From assembly GCA_963708185.1 (NCBI GenBank), contig OY970195.1, positions 992,001-1,056,000 of the forward strand: 64,000 nt of DNA, given 5' to 3'. Shown here one piece after another: positions 27,991 through 39,000 of this stretch (its first letter is position 1; every line of letters starts with the position of its first letter). A model generated the notes under the pieces. That model had not been told where the DNA came from. It worked only from the letters and a program-made list of their open reading frames with translations, and ran no database searches. This DNA is from Candidatus Peregrinibacteria bacterium. GTDB taxonomy: Bacteria; Patescibacteriota; Gracilibacteria; UBA1369. The position numbers were made by a program, and so were the translations under genes.

Positions 27991-29685
27991 TTAGATTTTT
28001 CCAAGCTGGTGGAGCTTGAAGAGGACCCTCGCCACTTCCACGCGTGTCATGAAATTCGTCGGGAAAAGGTTTGGATGATTGAAGAGGGCGTTGTCGTAGG
28101 CGTATTTGGCGTACCCGGTAAACCACTGGTTCAGAGCGACGTCATCATATGAAGCGGTCGTGACGGCAGGCATGGTTTCGGTGAGGTTGCGTAAAACGAG
28201 CGCCAGGAATTCTACGCGGTTGACTGATCTGGCTGGGCGATAAAATCCTTTATCGGGTCCGGACAGATACCCAGTGGTTATCGCGAGTGCTTTTGCTCTG
28301 CAGACATACTGGAAAGACCACGCATTTTCCGTGACGTCGGGGAACGGGCTGGCTCCTGAACAGTAATCGATCTGCTGGTCGAACTTGTTGAAGGTTTCGA
28401 GCACGATCTTCATGATCTGATCGCGCTGGAGCAATCCATGAGGAGCAAAGGTTCCGTCGGGATTCCCGGTCATGGCACCGGTGCTTTTGACGTAGGTGAT
28501 GCCCGGACAATCGGGGTCGGTTGGGCTGACGTCTTTAAAGCCGGCGCAATTAGCGACTGGAGGAGTTGATGTGACGGAGAAATCAAATTCCTGGGTAGTT
28601 ATGACGGAAGAGCCGTCATAACCTCCCACTTTAAAAACATAGGATCCTTCCGGGACTTTATTGTTGAGCGCATCTTTCCCGTCCCATGTCAAAGTGTTGC
28701 TGCCATTGGACTGATTGGTCAGAGCCCAGGTCTTGAGCGCTGTATTCAGATTGGTTGAACTGTAGATTGCAGCTGTGATGTTGGCGGCACCGCTGGAGTT
28801 GGAAAGGGTGTAGCCGACGTTGAGCAGGCCGTTATCGGGATCGTAGGGCGTAGGCGTTGCGGTAAGATTAGTGACCGTTGCCGTTGATGTGCTGGGGTTT
28901 GAGATCGCAAAGTTTCCGGTAACATGGTTCGATTCCACTGAAAATCCGTTGACCGATGCCGTAGCCCAAAGGTCGTAGGAGTAACTTCCCACGTTGGCGG
29001 CAGTTCCGTTGAATTTGCCGTCCCAGCTCATGGTCATGTCGCCATCCGTTGATTTTATTTCGGCAATGGTGTCTTCGTCAGAGGAGCTCGCGGATTTTAT
29101 CTTCAACCGGACAATCCAGTTATCACCGGAGTTTCTGGCCAGGTTGTAATTGACAGTGTAGTCCCCGGAGTTCTTGTAATAAACGCTTGCGGGCTGTGCC
29201 GTCAGCGTGACTTCCGGTGCCACGGTCTGGGCCACGTCGATAGGGGTACTGATATAGGTGGCATCGGGGGGCGTGGCTGTGTGGGAGTTGATATAGACGA
29301 CATATTTTCCGTCAGGAACGTACTCGCCGTCCGTGCAGGGGGCGTTGAGGTAGGTCACGTTACACTTTCCGTCCCATTGGAGTTCGTAGTGGCCCGTCTG
29401 AAGATCGTCGGGTCCGACCGGACCAAAATTATACACGGTATTGTCAAATGCATCCTGGATCTCTTCGGTTACGGCACCCGTCGGGTATCCGCCGGTATTG
29501 TAATCGTATTGAATGTCGATGATCGAGTTTTGGCCGGGAACGTTTGAGAAAAAAGGCGTCGGAGAAATAGTGACGTTCTGAATGAGGGAGTTCGCCGCCA
29601 TTGCCAACGGAGCGAAAAGGCTCAGCCCCATCGCGGTGACCAAAATTTTTCCGGTCAGACCGCGGATTTTTCTTTTCAAGGACAT
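27991..29685 (-). CDS. Secreted protein with FlgD-type Ig-like domains and C-terminal SLH domains
   Basis: Signal peptide; repeated WDGK...V.DG.Y motifs; SLH motifs MTGNPDGTFAP...LQRDQ, VNRVEFL and MTRVEVA. Confidence 0.8.
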   Translation of the reverse strand: MSLKRKIRGLTGKILVTAMGLSLFAPLAMAANSLIQNVTISPTPFFSNVPGQNSIIDIQYDYNTGGYPTGAVTEEIQDAFDNTVYNFGPVGPDDLQTGHYELQWDGKCNVTYLNAPCTDGEYVPDGKYVVYINSHTATPPDATYISTPIDVAQTVAPEVTLTAQPASVYYKNSGDYTVNYNLARNSGDNWIVRLKIKSASSSDEDTIAEIKSTDGDMTMSWDGKFNGTAANVGSYSYDLWATASVNGFSVESNHVTGNFAISNPSTSTATVTNLTATPTPYDPDNGLLNVGYTLSNSSGAANITAAIYSSTNLNTALKTWALTNQSNGSNTLTWDGKDALNNKVPEGSYVFKVGGYDGSSVITTQEFDFSVTSTPPVANCAGFKDVSPTDPDCPGITYVKSTGAMTGNPDGTFAPHGLLQRDQIMKIVLETFNKFDQQIDYCSGASPFPDVTENAWSFQYVCRAKALAITTGYLSGPDKGFYRPARSVNRVEFLALVLRNLTETMPAVTTASYDDVALNQWFTGYAKYAYDNALFNHPNLFPTNFMTRVEVARVLFKLHQLGKI

Positions 29686-29765
29686 AAAAAAAGTTTATGG
29701 AATATTTTTTTTGATTATATCCCATAATAGGGGAAAAATGTAGGAAATTTCCCGAGTGGTTGCGG

Positions 29766-31538
29766 TCACGTTGCCGACTGCTGGGTCTGGATCTGTTCGG
29801 TGGTGGAACTTTGCTGGGTCGCCGGAGCAGTTGTCGTCGTTGCGGGCTGCGTCGGCGTGGCGTGAATCTTTCCAAGCACTTCGGCCAGTTTGATGATGAG
29901 CGTCGCCAGTTCTGCGCGGGTAATCGGACGATCCGGGCTGAGGGTGTTCGGTCCGGTTCCCTTGACGATTCCGCGATCCCACAACGCGCGGATGTAGGAA
30001 CCCTGGACGGTATTTTCAATATCCAAAAAGAAATTGTACGGATATCCGGCTCCGCAGTTCGGCGTGAAGCAGCCCTGGTGCGCCGGAATTCCAAATGCTT
30101 TGGCCACAAGGATGAACGCTTCTCCGCGGGTGATGGCGCGCTGCGGCGCAAAAAGTGTTGGCGAAACTCCCTGGATGATCTTGCGGTCCCAGGCCGCGCG
30201 GACCCATTGGCTCTGCCACGGGATAAGATCGAGGAACGGTGTTCCGCAGTCGGCGTCGTAACAGCCGAGTTTCGGAGGAACGCCGGCGGCGACAAGGGAA
30301 GCTTTCAGGGCCTCGGCTCGCAGGATCGGCTGGTCCGGATGGAATCCTCCGTCGGGATAACCGGTAAAAATACAGTTGTCGTAGGCGAGCCTGATGAAGT
30401 CTTTTGCCCAGTGGCCGCTGATGTCGTTGGGGTAGTTGATGCCGGGACATTTGCTCGGTTCCGGCGGGGGCGGCGGGGTTGGGGCGGCCGGCTTCACGGC
30501 TTGCGTTGTGGAAGTTGCCTGAGGATTTTGCGCGCCGGTTGTCGCTGCCGTTTCCTGTGTCGCCTCCTGGGTCGGAGCGGGCGGCGCATCTTTCATCACC
30601 TGGATTTTCTGGTAGGAAACGTCCGGTTTGGTGGTCGAGGTCTGTTGGGCACTCACGACAAAATCGTAATCGCCGTCCGCGACCTCGTTATCGTAACTGT
30701 CGACGCCGTTCCAGTTGAAACTGAAGGCCTGGTCGTACATGTTTTTTTGATAGACGAGCGTTTTGACGACCGACGAAGGATCGGGATCGTTCGGAGGCGT
30801 GTAATCCCCTTTCACCACCCATGCCGAAACGGCAGCCGGAGGTTTGAGAACGCAGCGCATGACGCTGATCTGCCCTTCACTGACGATAATCGTGGGGTTG
30901 ATGATTTTGCAGGTGACGATGTCCGGCGCAGGCGTAAGATCCGGCTGGCCCGAACCTGAATCCGTGGTGGCGTTTGAGGAGTTGTTCAATGATTCGGCCG
31001 GCGGCGTGGGATTTGAGTTCTGTTCCGGCGGAGGAGAAGGAGACGGGGATGGGCTCGGCGATGGGCTTATTTGTTGGTTGTTCGGAACCGGCTTATCGAG
31101 AACGTTCACGGAACAGTCCGCCTGGTAGCTGCCGAGTTCGAAATCGTCGAACTGAACATGCGCATTGTAGGTCGAAGCGGTATCGTAACTTGAACTCAAG
31201 GTCTGGCCGGTTCCCGTGACGGCTCCGGTCCATACGTATTGAAGGAGATCGGGATATTGAACGTTCGTGGTTTTTACCGACCAGATAACGGGATCTCCGA
31301 CGTACACCGCAGGAGGGTTTGCCGAACATTCCAGCGTAACGGTCGGGAGCGGCGGGGGTGAAAGTGTTTGTTGGTTTTGCTGATTCTGCTGGATGATCGG
31401 TGATGACTGCTGTTGCTGCAAGAGGAGAGCTTGGATTTCCTGCGGATTCATGCGGCTCAGGAGCGGCACACCGATGCCTACTCCGATGGCCAGGACAAAA
31501 ACGATCGCGGCTTTTATCTTGTGTTTCGGGATTGCCAT
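29766..31538 (-). CDS. Surface protein with PKD/FlgD Ig-like domains and SLH domains
   Basis: N-terminal TM; WNGVD...ADGDY; DISGHWA, TGYPDGGFHPDQPILRAE, ITRGEA and ITRAELA. Confidence 0.8.
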   Translation of the reverse strand: MAIPKHKIKAAIVFVLAIGVGIGVPLLSRMNPQEIQALLLQQQQSSPIIQQNQQNQQTLSPPPLPTVTLECSANPPAVYVGDPVIWSVKTTNVQYPDLLQYVWTGAVTGTGQTLSSSYDTASTYNAHVQFDDFELGSYQADCSVNVLDKPVPNNQQISPSPSPSPSPSPPPEQNSNPTPPAESLNNSSNATTDSGSGQPDLTPAPDIVTCKIINPTIIVSEGQISVMRCVLKPPAAVSAWVVKGDYTPPNDPDPSSVVKTLVYQKNMYDQAFSFNWNGVDSYDNEVADGDYDFVVSAQQTSTTKPDVSYQKIQVMKDAPPAPTQEATQETAATTGAQNPQATSTTQAVKPAAPTPPPPPEPSKCPGINYPNDISGHWAKDFIRLAYDNCIFTGYPDGGFHPDQPILRAEALKASLVAAGVPPKLGCYDADCGTPFLDLIPWQSQWVRAAWDRKIIQGVSPTLFAPQRAITRGEAFILVAKAFGIPAHQGCFTPNCGAGYPYNFFLDIENTVQGSYIRALWDRGIVKGTGPNTLSPDRPITRAELATLIIKLAEVLGKIHATPTQPATTTTAPATQQSSTTEQIQTQQSAT

Positions 31539-31608
31539 AAAATATTTTTAACTCTATACAATTTAGCATTTTTTAGGCTAGAATAAAAGCAATTCTTTCA
31601 TCGTGACC

Positions 31609-32562
31609 ATGAAGATAGCAGCGCTTTCAGTACGTTTTCTGGAGCATGCCGAGATCGGCAAAAACCAGTCCATGAAAACGATCGAAAATTACCGGCATTA
31701 TCTCCAACGGTTCATCCAATGGATCGGAGAGAACACCTTGCCGAAAAATATTACGATTGAAAAAATTCAAAATTACCGGCTGTTTTTGAACCGCCTGGAG
31801 GATGAAAAAGGCAAACAGCTTCTGAGTACAAAAACCCAGAACTATCACATTATCGCGCTGCGCGCTTTTTTGAAGTATTTGATTAAAAATGACATTGAAA
31901 CGCTGGCTCCTGAAAAAATCGACCTGAGCAAGATCCCCGAACGAAGCGTTGAATACCTGAGCCGTGAAGAACTGGAACGGCTTTTTGAAGCGGTGGACGG
32001 AGGTGTCGGGGCGGTGACCTCGAAAGACGGTGTGATGCGAAAAGTGCGGGCGGCGCGCGACCGGGCCATCCTGGAAACGCTGTATTCCACAGGTTTGCGC
32101 GTGAGCGAACTGGTGGCTTTGAACCGGGCCCAGGTGGACCTGCAGCGCCGTGAGTTTATGGTGCGGGGGAAGGGGCGCAAACCGAGGATCGTGTTTTTGT
32201 CGGAGCGCGCCGTGGAAGCGATCCGCGATTACATGAAGCTTCGCGACGATAACTTTGAACCGCTTTTTTTGAACTACCGTCATTCCAAAAAGGGGGAAGA
32301 TATTACTCTCGGTGAAAAGCGACGTTTAAGCACCGTGATGGTGGAATATCTGGTGCGTAATTACGCCAGGAAAGCCGGCATCATCAAAAAAGTCACTCCT
32401 CACGTTTTGCGCCATTCGTTTGCAACGGAACTTCTGGTGAACGGTGCGGATATCCGCTCGGTCCAGGAAATGCTCGGGCATTCTTCCATTACCACCACCC
32501 AGATCTACACCCATCTCACCAATAAAAGGCTGAGAGAGGTCCACGAAAAGTTCCATAAATAA
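31609..32562 (+). CDS. XerC/D-type tyrosine recombinase
   Basis: TGLRVSE, GKGRKPR, HVLRHSFAT and LGHSSITTTQIY give the complete catalytic set. Confidence 0.92.
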   Translation: MKIAALSVRFLEHAEIGKNQSMKTIENYRHYLQRFIQWIGENTLPKNITIEKIQNYRLFLNRLEDEKGKQLLSTKTQNYHIIALRAFLKYLIKNDIETLAPEKIDLSKIPERSVEYLSREELERLFEAVDGGVGAVTSKDGVMRKVRAARDRAILETLYSTGLRVSELVALNRAQVDLQRREFMVRGKGRKPRIVFLSERAVEAIRDYMKLRDDNFEPLFLNYRHSKKGEDITLGEKRRLSTVMVEYLVRNYARKAGIIKKVTPHVLRHSFATELLVNGADIRSVQEMLGHSSITTTQIYTHLTNKRLREVHEKFHK

Positions 32563-32639
32563 TCGGCAAGGCAAAAATATTAGTGTTTTGACCGCTTAAC
32601 GCAGAGCTAAACGGCGTTTTTTTGATGTTCCTTTTTGAG

Positions 32640-32663
32640 AAGGGATGCCGATCCCCTTTTTTA
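32640..32663 (+). terminator. Probable intrinsic terminator after the xer gene
   Basis: gggat-gccg-atccc hairpin followed by a T-run. Confidence 0.45.
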
Positions 32664-32683
32664 TGGTAAAACAAGCCAAAAAG

Positions 32684-32692
32684 TGCTATAAT
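32684..32692 (+). promoter_or_regulatory. Extended -10 promoter of giant-protein cassette 1
   Basis: TGCTATAAT upstream of 32746. Confidence 0.5.
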
Positions 32693-32745
32693 ATTTAGAT
32701 TAAATTTTGGGAACAACGGAAATACAAAAATAAACATGAAAATTT

Positions 32746-33072
32746 ATGGAGGAACGGGATCCGAAAATTCAATTACAAGCTGAAATTGCGAAAAGCCTCC
32801 TTCTTTCCGAAGCGGACAAAAGCAGTTTGCTGTCCGGACTGGATGCGATGCCCAGGATGATGGTCGAATATTTGCTAAAAACTTTGAGAGAGAAAAATCT
32901 CATCGTCGACGAGTATGTTGAACGCGCTCTTCGGGATAATCCGGGCATTCTTCCGGAATTAAAAGAAAAAATTTCCAAAATGAAAATCAACCTTCTTCAA
33001 CTCGAAGAATCGGAAGAAGCGAATGGAAAGGACGCGGAAAAAGTTCTTGAAGAAAAACTTAATAAACTTTAA
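32746..33072 (+). CDS. Small helical protein, cassette 1 gene A (paralog of 45416-45736)
   Basis: Aligns end to end with the 45416 ORF; 9-nt gap to the giant gene. Confidence 0.75.
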   Translation: MEERDPKIQLQAEIAKSLLLSEADKSSLLSGLDAMPRMMVEYLLKTLREKNLIVDEYVERALRDNPGILPELKEKISKMKINLLQLEESEEANGKDAEKVLEEKLNKL

Positions 33073-33081
33073 ACGCTGCTT

Positions 33082-36000
33082 ATGCCGGAAATGTTCTCGG
33101 CACAACAAGGCGAGATCGGAAATGTTGAAGCTCAGGCAAAAACGAAGAAGCATGAGACGCTTCAACAGGAACTGCAGGAGCGTACAACGCTCTACAACAA
33201 AGAGGTCGACGATGCCGGAAAAATCATTGAAAATGCAGAAAAAAACGTCAACACTCCCGATGCGAAAAAAAAGGTGGAAGGCTATAAAACGGACATTTCG
33301 GGCTATCTTTCCCAGGTTGCCGAAAAAGGACGCGAAGCTTTGGCAAAAGATCCGGACAAATCAACGACCGAAATCCAGAGCATTGCCCAGCTTTCATCAT
33401 CGCTCAAATCCACTGTCGATACGGCAAAACTGTACGTTCCCATGTTTCTTGATGTGGAACATTCTGTCAATCTTTCGGCGAAAATAGCACCCGAGATGGT
33501 AAAGGCGGAGAAAATACAGGATGCGAAACCACCACTCACGAGAGCGCAAAAATATGATATTTTCACGGATCTCGGCAATGCGATCCAGGATGCCATGGAC
33601 CCGCTCGCTTCCTGGAGACCGGACGCCATGTCTCCGGACATGCAGAAGATTTTCGATGTCGCTTTCAGACCTTTGAATGAAGCGCAGGCAACACTTGGTG
33701 ACTACGAGCTTGATAATTTAAGCGAGGCTGAAAAGAAAGATCCGGATCTGGCAAAACTGAAACAGTCCAAAGATCTTTTTGACGGCGAGCAGCCGAATAT
33801 CAAAAAGGTCGGCGAGTTGAGCGACGAAGCGATGAACAACATGGTCATTTCCAACGACAAGCGGGAGAAGGATATTGCTGAAATGGGCAAACTCGCCGAC
33901 ACGGCGCTGGACAATCTGACCACCGCCCTCAAGACCTACAACAGCATCGACAAGAAAAACATGAATGCCCAGATGGTGGAGTATGGGACATACTTTGAAA
34001 GCCTTCTACCAAAGATCAACCTGCAGATCAAAGAGATGGCTGACGTCAAACTCTACGTCTCGACAAAGAGTACCGTCGACGGACTCACCGACGAAGAGAA
34101 AGGATGTCTGGAATTCGGAACGGACGGCATTGTCCGCAAAACCGAAAAATTCAAACAGCTTTCACCTGACAAACAGCAGGCTCTTATGACAAAGCTGACC
34201 AATCTTAGACTGCAGATTGCTTTGGAAATTGATGAAAAGACGGCTGAAGAATCTGACAAGCCAGTTATAGAAGCCAGAAAAAAACTTATGGACGGCAACT
34301 GGATAGACGCCAAACAACAGCTGCTTTCCTACTACAAAGAAAATGGAAGCAACCCCGAGAAAGCCTCGAGGACAGCTGAAGTCAGAGGGATGCTCCATGG
34401 AATCGCCAAACTTGAAATCAAACAGAGTACCGAGAGGTTATTGGCGATGAAAGCTTCGCTGGATACGAGATTCAACAATAATCCCATGGGGAAAAGCGAT
34501 ACCGGGACATGGACCGCCCAACAGGATCAATTGTTCGTCGAAAGCATGTCACGCGTGTTGGCCAAAGCAGAAGAGATGATCGACAGCGGAGAAGTACTCA
34601 CAATGGAAGAAGCAGAAAGTAAATTGCGGAGCATGAAATTCACTCCGAATACCGGAATGTCACAACAGGCCGCCGTTGACCAGCTGGATGAAATGAAGAA
34701 GCTCAGTGACGATGCGGTCAAGGAAAAACAAAAAAAATCTCTCGAGTCCACGCAGGATTCAATAAAGTCTCTTCAGGAAGCCATCAAACATGCCCAAGAG
34801 CGTCCGAATGATGTTGGTCTGGACGGGAACCCCATCGGGCAAAATCTGGAGTTCATGCAAAAGAACCTGGCCAGCTATCAGTCCCAACTGGAAGCGGCGC
34901 AAAAGATGAGTCCAGAGGATTACCATAAATTCCTTGAAGGGCGGGCCGAGCAAAATCTGCGCGATGCGAAATTCAGAAATGCGCTTGCTGTTTTCCAGGG
35001 GGGGTTCGTTACCGACGGTTACGGCAACCGTGCCGACAATGTGTATGACATGTTCAAGCAGCAGCGGCTACTGAACGATCCCGACCCGGTCAAACGTGAA
35101 GCAAACACACTTAAACTTGCCAAGGAAGCACGCGATCACGGACTCCCTGCATTGTCGCGAAGGCTTTACGACCAGTATTTCCAGAAAGAGATCGATGAAC
35201 AGAGCAACAACGTGAGCCGCGCCGACATTGAAAAACAGTTTTTGGGCAATTCGGACAACATGAAAAAAATCGATAAAGCGCTCGCCCAGTGGAAAGATAC
35301 CTTCAAAGAAAAAACCGGGAAAGATCCCGATCAAACGCAAATAGATTCGGCGCGTCAGGCCATGATCAGTGAAATGGTTGGAAGCGCTTACTCCAAGGCG
35401 ATCAAATTAAAAGTCCATGAAAGTTTCAAAGGCGGGACGAGCGAACGTGCCAAAGCTTGGAACGAAGCATATGGAGGAAAAATTGTCGTGGAAAACTTTG
35501 GACAAGAAGGGGAAGGAGTTGACTTCAAATTGGCGATGATCTCTCCCACGGCAGCCTTAGGCAAATATGTTGCTGATTATCAGGCATTCTATACCGACGA
35601 AGAATGGAACGCCCTTCCGGCAAAAATCGGTATCATGACCGCTGTGACCATCGCTTCTATGGGGGTCGCCGAAGGCGTCGTGGCTGTCGGTGGAGTGGCT
35701 GCACGTACACTGCTTGGTGAATCCGCCATTGCGGCTCTCACCGGAACGGTGACCGAAAGCGGGGCCACTGTGGGAGGGTCTTTTGCCGGACGTGCTTTGG
35801 CGTGGGGAGCACGCACGACGCTCAAAGGCGTTGCTTTTGGGACGACCCAGGGAGCGCTCAATTATGTCATTCAAGGGGATAAGTCCACGTTTGAAAGTCC
35901 AAAGGCGTACTTCAAGGCCATGGGTATGAGCATAGCAACCTTGGGCGTGCTTGAAGCCGTGGGAGCAGGATTCGGGAAACTCCGTCAGGCCGTCGCCGCC

Positions 36001-39000
36001 ACAGAGATGGCCGGAATGACGGAAGAAGAAATTGCCCAAGCCGCCTACATGCCAAAACATATCGGTGAAACAAGCTGGTGGACCGGCGAATCCACCGCCA
36101 AAAATGCCGCGCGCTTGGGTTCAAGGAGATTGCGTGGTGTTCCGGGTCCGATCGGAGATGCCGGATGGTGGATTGCCAGAACTTCAGCTGAAGGTACGGC
36201 ACTCACCGGTTTAAATGCGACTGAAGCCTGGCTCGGCGGACAGGAATATGGCATGCACGAGGGCGTCAAAGCCTTTGGCGAAAACTTCCTTTTTGCCGCA
36301 GCCATCACCGGCACGCACGAGTTCATGGGACCGGGCGTTCACGAAGCTCCAAAGACTCCCGATGTTTCAAAAGAAACGAAAGTGGGCGATAATTTCTTTT
36401 CCACCTTCGACCGCGGCGTTCCGGAAAACGCTCGCAAAGCGGGTATTCCCGAAGGAGCCGAAGGCTGGGTCGACAAAGAAGGAAAAGTTCACTTCAACAT
36501 TGATCGACTCAATACCGGAAAAACGACCGTCGCCGGGACGGACGGAAAACCCGTAGAGCGGAGCATTATGGCGGAAGGCTATAAAGTTTCCATCAATACC
36601 GACGGCGAATTCACCGTGGAAGGACCGGACGGAAAACAGATGAGTCTGCACGAATACGAAAAAGCCATGAAGGGCACGCCGTACGAACGGACGCTGCTCA
36701 ACACGATGGTGGAAATCAAAAACCACGAAGCCACGCATCAGGTTCTGGAGTTCGGATTCACCAAAGTTGAAGTCGATTCCGAAGGCAAACCGCAGCGCGT
36801 TCCCGATACCGCAAAGACCAAAGCTTTTACAGATCTTTTTGCAAAACCCGGGCCGGGCGGCAACGTCCCCGAAGGCAAGATCGCCCTGGTCGACAATCAG
36901 GGACAGCCCATGGAACCCACATGGCAGAACATCCAGGAATACCTCTGCCAGGTCGGTGACGGATCGGTCACGGTTCCCAAAGCACAAGCCGAAGCGATGC
37001 AGGGTGTTATCCAGGAAGAGATTCCGGGTTTCACGTTTGAACGGGCGCGCAACGTTGCCACCAAGCTTATCGCCGCCAATCCTGTGGAAGCTTTTTACCG
37101 CGATGAAATGGCCGCGAAGCACGTCGGCAAACCCTGGAAGAAAATTTCGAGCGGCGCGGATTTCAACGAAGCCCTGAACACGGAAAAAGGTCAGGAAACA
37201 AATTATAAAATCGCGCATGAAATTCTGATGGGGTATATTTATGTTTTGCGAACCGGCGATCCGGCGCAGATCGAAGCTTTCAAGGCCGGGCACGAAGTAT
37301 TTATCGACGGAAAAGTCCTTGATACCTTCGCCGCAAACTACCAGAAGACGGTAGATTTCGTCACGACGAAAATGTCGACGATTGAAGGTTTACAGGACCT
37401 CATGAAATTGGAAAAAAGCGGAAAAATGTCTCCTTCAATGCGTGAAGTGTACAAGCGCATCGCGTCGGAAGGAAAGATGGTCAAAGATCTTACCTCCACC
37501 AGAAAAGCCGACGGGACGACGAAAACTCCCGAGGAAATCCGGAACGATCTCGCCGAACTCCGCCAGCAGATTGAATTCCACGGCGTGGAAGTGAACAAGT
37601 TCAGTGCGAAATACCTCACGGCTACTCCCGAAGGCATGAAAATTCTTGCCGAACAACCGGGCGGTACGGACTTCATCCGAGAAGCGATGCGCAAAGGTGA
37701 AGTAAAAGATTTCGCAAACTTCCCTCCTGAAGTGAAAGCGAAAATGCGGGCGGAAGCGGAAAAAGTCCTGACCGACCGGCTCACCGACGCCGAAATGGCG
37801 CTTCAGGGAAAAATCGCCAAAGCCGAAAAAGAGATTTCCGAAAAAGAAGCCAGGGGGGAAGACACCTCAAACGACCATCTGAAACTCGGCAACATCCGGG
37901 ATCTCCTCAAGACCTATCAGTCCGTCGAGCTTTCGGATCCGGCAAAAATCGATGCACTCCTGGACAAAGTGGAACAACAGCAGCCCCCTTCGGGATATGG
38001 TGAAATGCCGAAACTTGCCGACATTTTCTTCGCGAATTCCGACCGCCTCAATCCGGATTTTCTCGCGAATATTCTCGACGGAAAAATGAAATATGATACC
38101 GTTGACGGACCAAAAGGAAAGGAAAAAGTCATGTTCGTTGAAGGTCGCATACTCGGCGTGGGAGGACTTGGCGAAGTCTGGTCCACGATCGAATTCAAAG
38201 CCGGCTCGAACGAAGGCCATGAAATGGTCATCAAGAGGCCGAAGAACGGCCTCGACATTTCTCCGAACGTTAAAGCTGAGGAAGCTCTGGCCCATTCCGT
38301 GGGAGACTATGATCTCATGGATGAATCTGACCAACACATCATGATTGAGATATTCAATGAGTTCAGGACGAAGGCCATGAAGGAGCCAGGCGGTCTCGAA
38401 CGCATCCAGCGAGAGATCGTTGCAAAACTCCCGCGTGGACAAACGACGAACGATTTCTTTTCTATGGTTACCCGAATGCAGGCTGCTTACGCCGAATCAG
38501 GGAATGCGCGTTTGATCATGGATCACCAAGCGAAGGGCGAACTCAACACTTTCACCAAAATCAACGGCGTCAGTGATTCGGGCATCATTTTCCTTGAATC
38601 CATCGCCAACCCGAAAGCCAATTACGAAGTCTGCGATTATGAAAAAATCATGAGCGGTGAAGTTACGTCCCTTGATGGAACCAAACCAATTGACCAGAAA
38701 CAGTTTTGGACCGGAATCGTTGATGTCATGCACGCTCTCGCTGATGCGAACAGTAAAGGCATCGTCCATCGCGACATCAAGCCGGAAAATTTCGGCGTCG
38801 GTCCCGACGGAAGAATCCGTCTTATCGACGTTGGCTCGATTAAAACGAAAAATAATATCCATGACGTCGGTTTCTTTGAAGTTCCAAAAGGCAACCCCAT
38901 GCACTATCCGGTTCCGAACGGAGTTTCCGAAATGTACCCCAACCGTGGAGGTATCACTCCCGGATATTACAGCGGAGAAATCGCAACTGCCGAAGCCAAA

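Noticed and set aside
31609-32562. Island integrase mobilising giant cassette 1
   Set aside because: It looks like a housekeeping Xer recombinase, is followed by a terminator-like hairpin, has no att repeats that I could see, and cassette 2 has no recombinase.
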